Shown here one piece after another: positions 62,487 through 64,000 of a stretch of DNA of 64,000 nt. Origin of the DNA: Octopus vulgaris. Its lineage: Eukaryota. The notes beneath the pieces are model-generated. The model searched no databases and was not told the DNA's origin. It saw only the letters and a program-made list of their open reading frames with translations. The DNA is taken from positions 169,136,001-169,200,000 of the forward strand of contig OX597815.1 in assembly GCA_951406725.2 (NCBI GenBank), in the 5' to 3' direction. The first letter of the stretch is position 1. The number at the start of each line of letters is the position of its first letter. The position numbers and the translations under genes were made by a program.

Positions 62487-64000
62487 ATATATACACATGC
62501 ATATAAACATATGTGTGTGTGTATTTATATGCAAATATAAGCAAACACACAGACATACATTTGGGTGCATGCACATGCACACACACGGTAAGTTTCTTCC
62601 AGTTTCCATCTATGAAATTTACTCACAAGGTTTCAATTGGCCTGGTGTCATAGTAGAAGACACTTAACCAATGTGTTACAATGTGACTGATTGAAGTCAC
62701 ATAGTTGGGAAGCAAATGTCTTTTAACCACACAGCCACGCTTGCATGCCTACACACACAAACACACACACGTACGAGTGGATGAATGAAAGAAAGTGGCA
62801 CTCAACACATTTAGTAGGAATTACATACATTTTTTAATGACAGTTTGACTCAACTATCATATGACTTCAAGCTTTGTGGGTGTGTAAGATGAATCCATCT
62901 CATCCGATATTAGAAAAGATGGGCTTGTCCTACACACCCACAAAAATTAAAGTCTTATGGAGCTGAGTCAAACTGTTAGTACATCATCATCATTATCATT
63001 TACTGTCTGCTTTCCATGGTGGTATGGGTTGGATGGTTTGACATGAAGCTGGCCAGCTGGGTGCTGTCCAGACTCCAACTGTCTGTTGTGGCATGGTTTC
63101 TATGACTGGATGCCCTTCCTAATGCCAACCACTTAAGAGTGTGCTGGGTGCTTTTTATGTGCCACTGGCATGGGTGCATTTATGCAGCACCAGAATTAAT
63201 ATATATATATATAACCCGTGCTAGCGCGGTAAAACGGACGTTAAACGATGATGATGATGATATATATATATATATATATATACACATACATACATACACA
63301 CACACACATATATATATATATATATCTTACTGGTTTCAGTCATTGGGCTGAGGCCATGCTGGGGCACTGCCTTGAAGGATTTAGTTGAACAAATCGACCC
63401 CATATGTATTTTTTTAAACCTGGTACTTATATCTTTTTCTGTTTGCTGAACTGCTAAGTTATGAGGATATAAACAAACCAACTCCAGCTGTCAAGCGATG
63501 GTAGGGGACAAACACAAAGACACATGCTCATAGATACATACATATAAACACACACACACACAATGGGCTTCTTTCAGTTTCCACCTACCAAATCTATTCA
63601 CAAGGCTTTATAGTTTTCCTGGGGATATAGTAGAAAATACTTGTCCAAGGTGTCACTCAGTGGGACTGAACCTGGAACCATGTGGTTGGGAAGCAAACTT
63701 ACCACACAGGAACACCTGCACCTGCATACACACACACAAAGTTTTTTCCTTCACTATTTTTGACAATTTAATCATTAGTTTCCTTATAACTATTATTTCA
63801 AAGTTATACACAGGACATTCCAGTGGCTTGTTTTCAGTATGAGGTTATGAAGCAATCTGTAAATGGTGTATAAAGATTTAAAAGATGTAAAGAGAAAGAG
63901 TTTTCATGTTTAAAAGTAAACATTCAGGTATAAAGGTTGCCTGTGTAATTTATACTTGTTTTGACGAGACAAATTTTAAACATGTTTCAGTTAGATATAA

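Noticed and set aside
60466-64000. Further upstream TBC exons
   Set aside because: No segment encoding the expected GIPPSVRGKVW...IGNELN region was found; these exons presumably lie beyond the window.

Overview
AT-rich, repeat-dense eukaryotic (animal) DNA. The SINE/MITE repertoire suggests a mollusc, probably an octopus-type cephalopod (inference). It holds two convergent spliced genes. (1) + strand: a complete 12-exon PGC-1/PRC/Spargel coactivator gene (CDS model 6968..33141, 2937 nt, 978 aa). All splice phases are consistent, and it has an HCF-binding DHDY motif, an RS region, a C-terminal RRM and an FEQLLK tail. Its promoter carries a CRE, and its leader carries three uORFs. (2) - strand: the last seven exons of a TBC1D12/TBC1D14-type RabGAP (60463..47480); its 5' exons lie beyond the window. 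The rest is tRNA-derived SINEs, RTE/CR1 LINE fragments, decayed mariner and maT elements, Helitrons and foldback MITEs. The most notable unannotated signal is a ~340-bp intergenic unit bounded by direct repeats (38881..39288). It carries a type I hammerhead ribozyme with an intact core, plus a degenerate sister copy with compensatory stem changes (retrozyme/Penelope-like). Also notable are stop-introducing alternative acceptors in the PGC-1 gene, reminiscent of NT-PGC-1alpha, and a uORF overlapping the predicted start codon. All gene models were built by eye, without transcript evidence.
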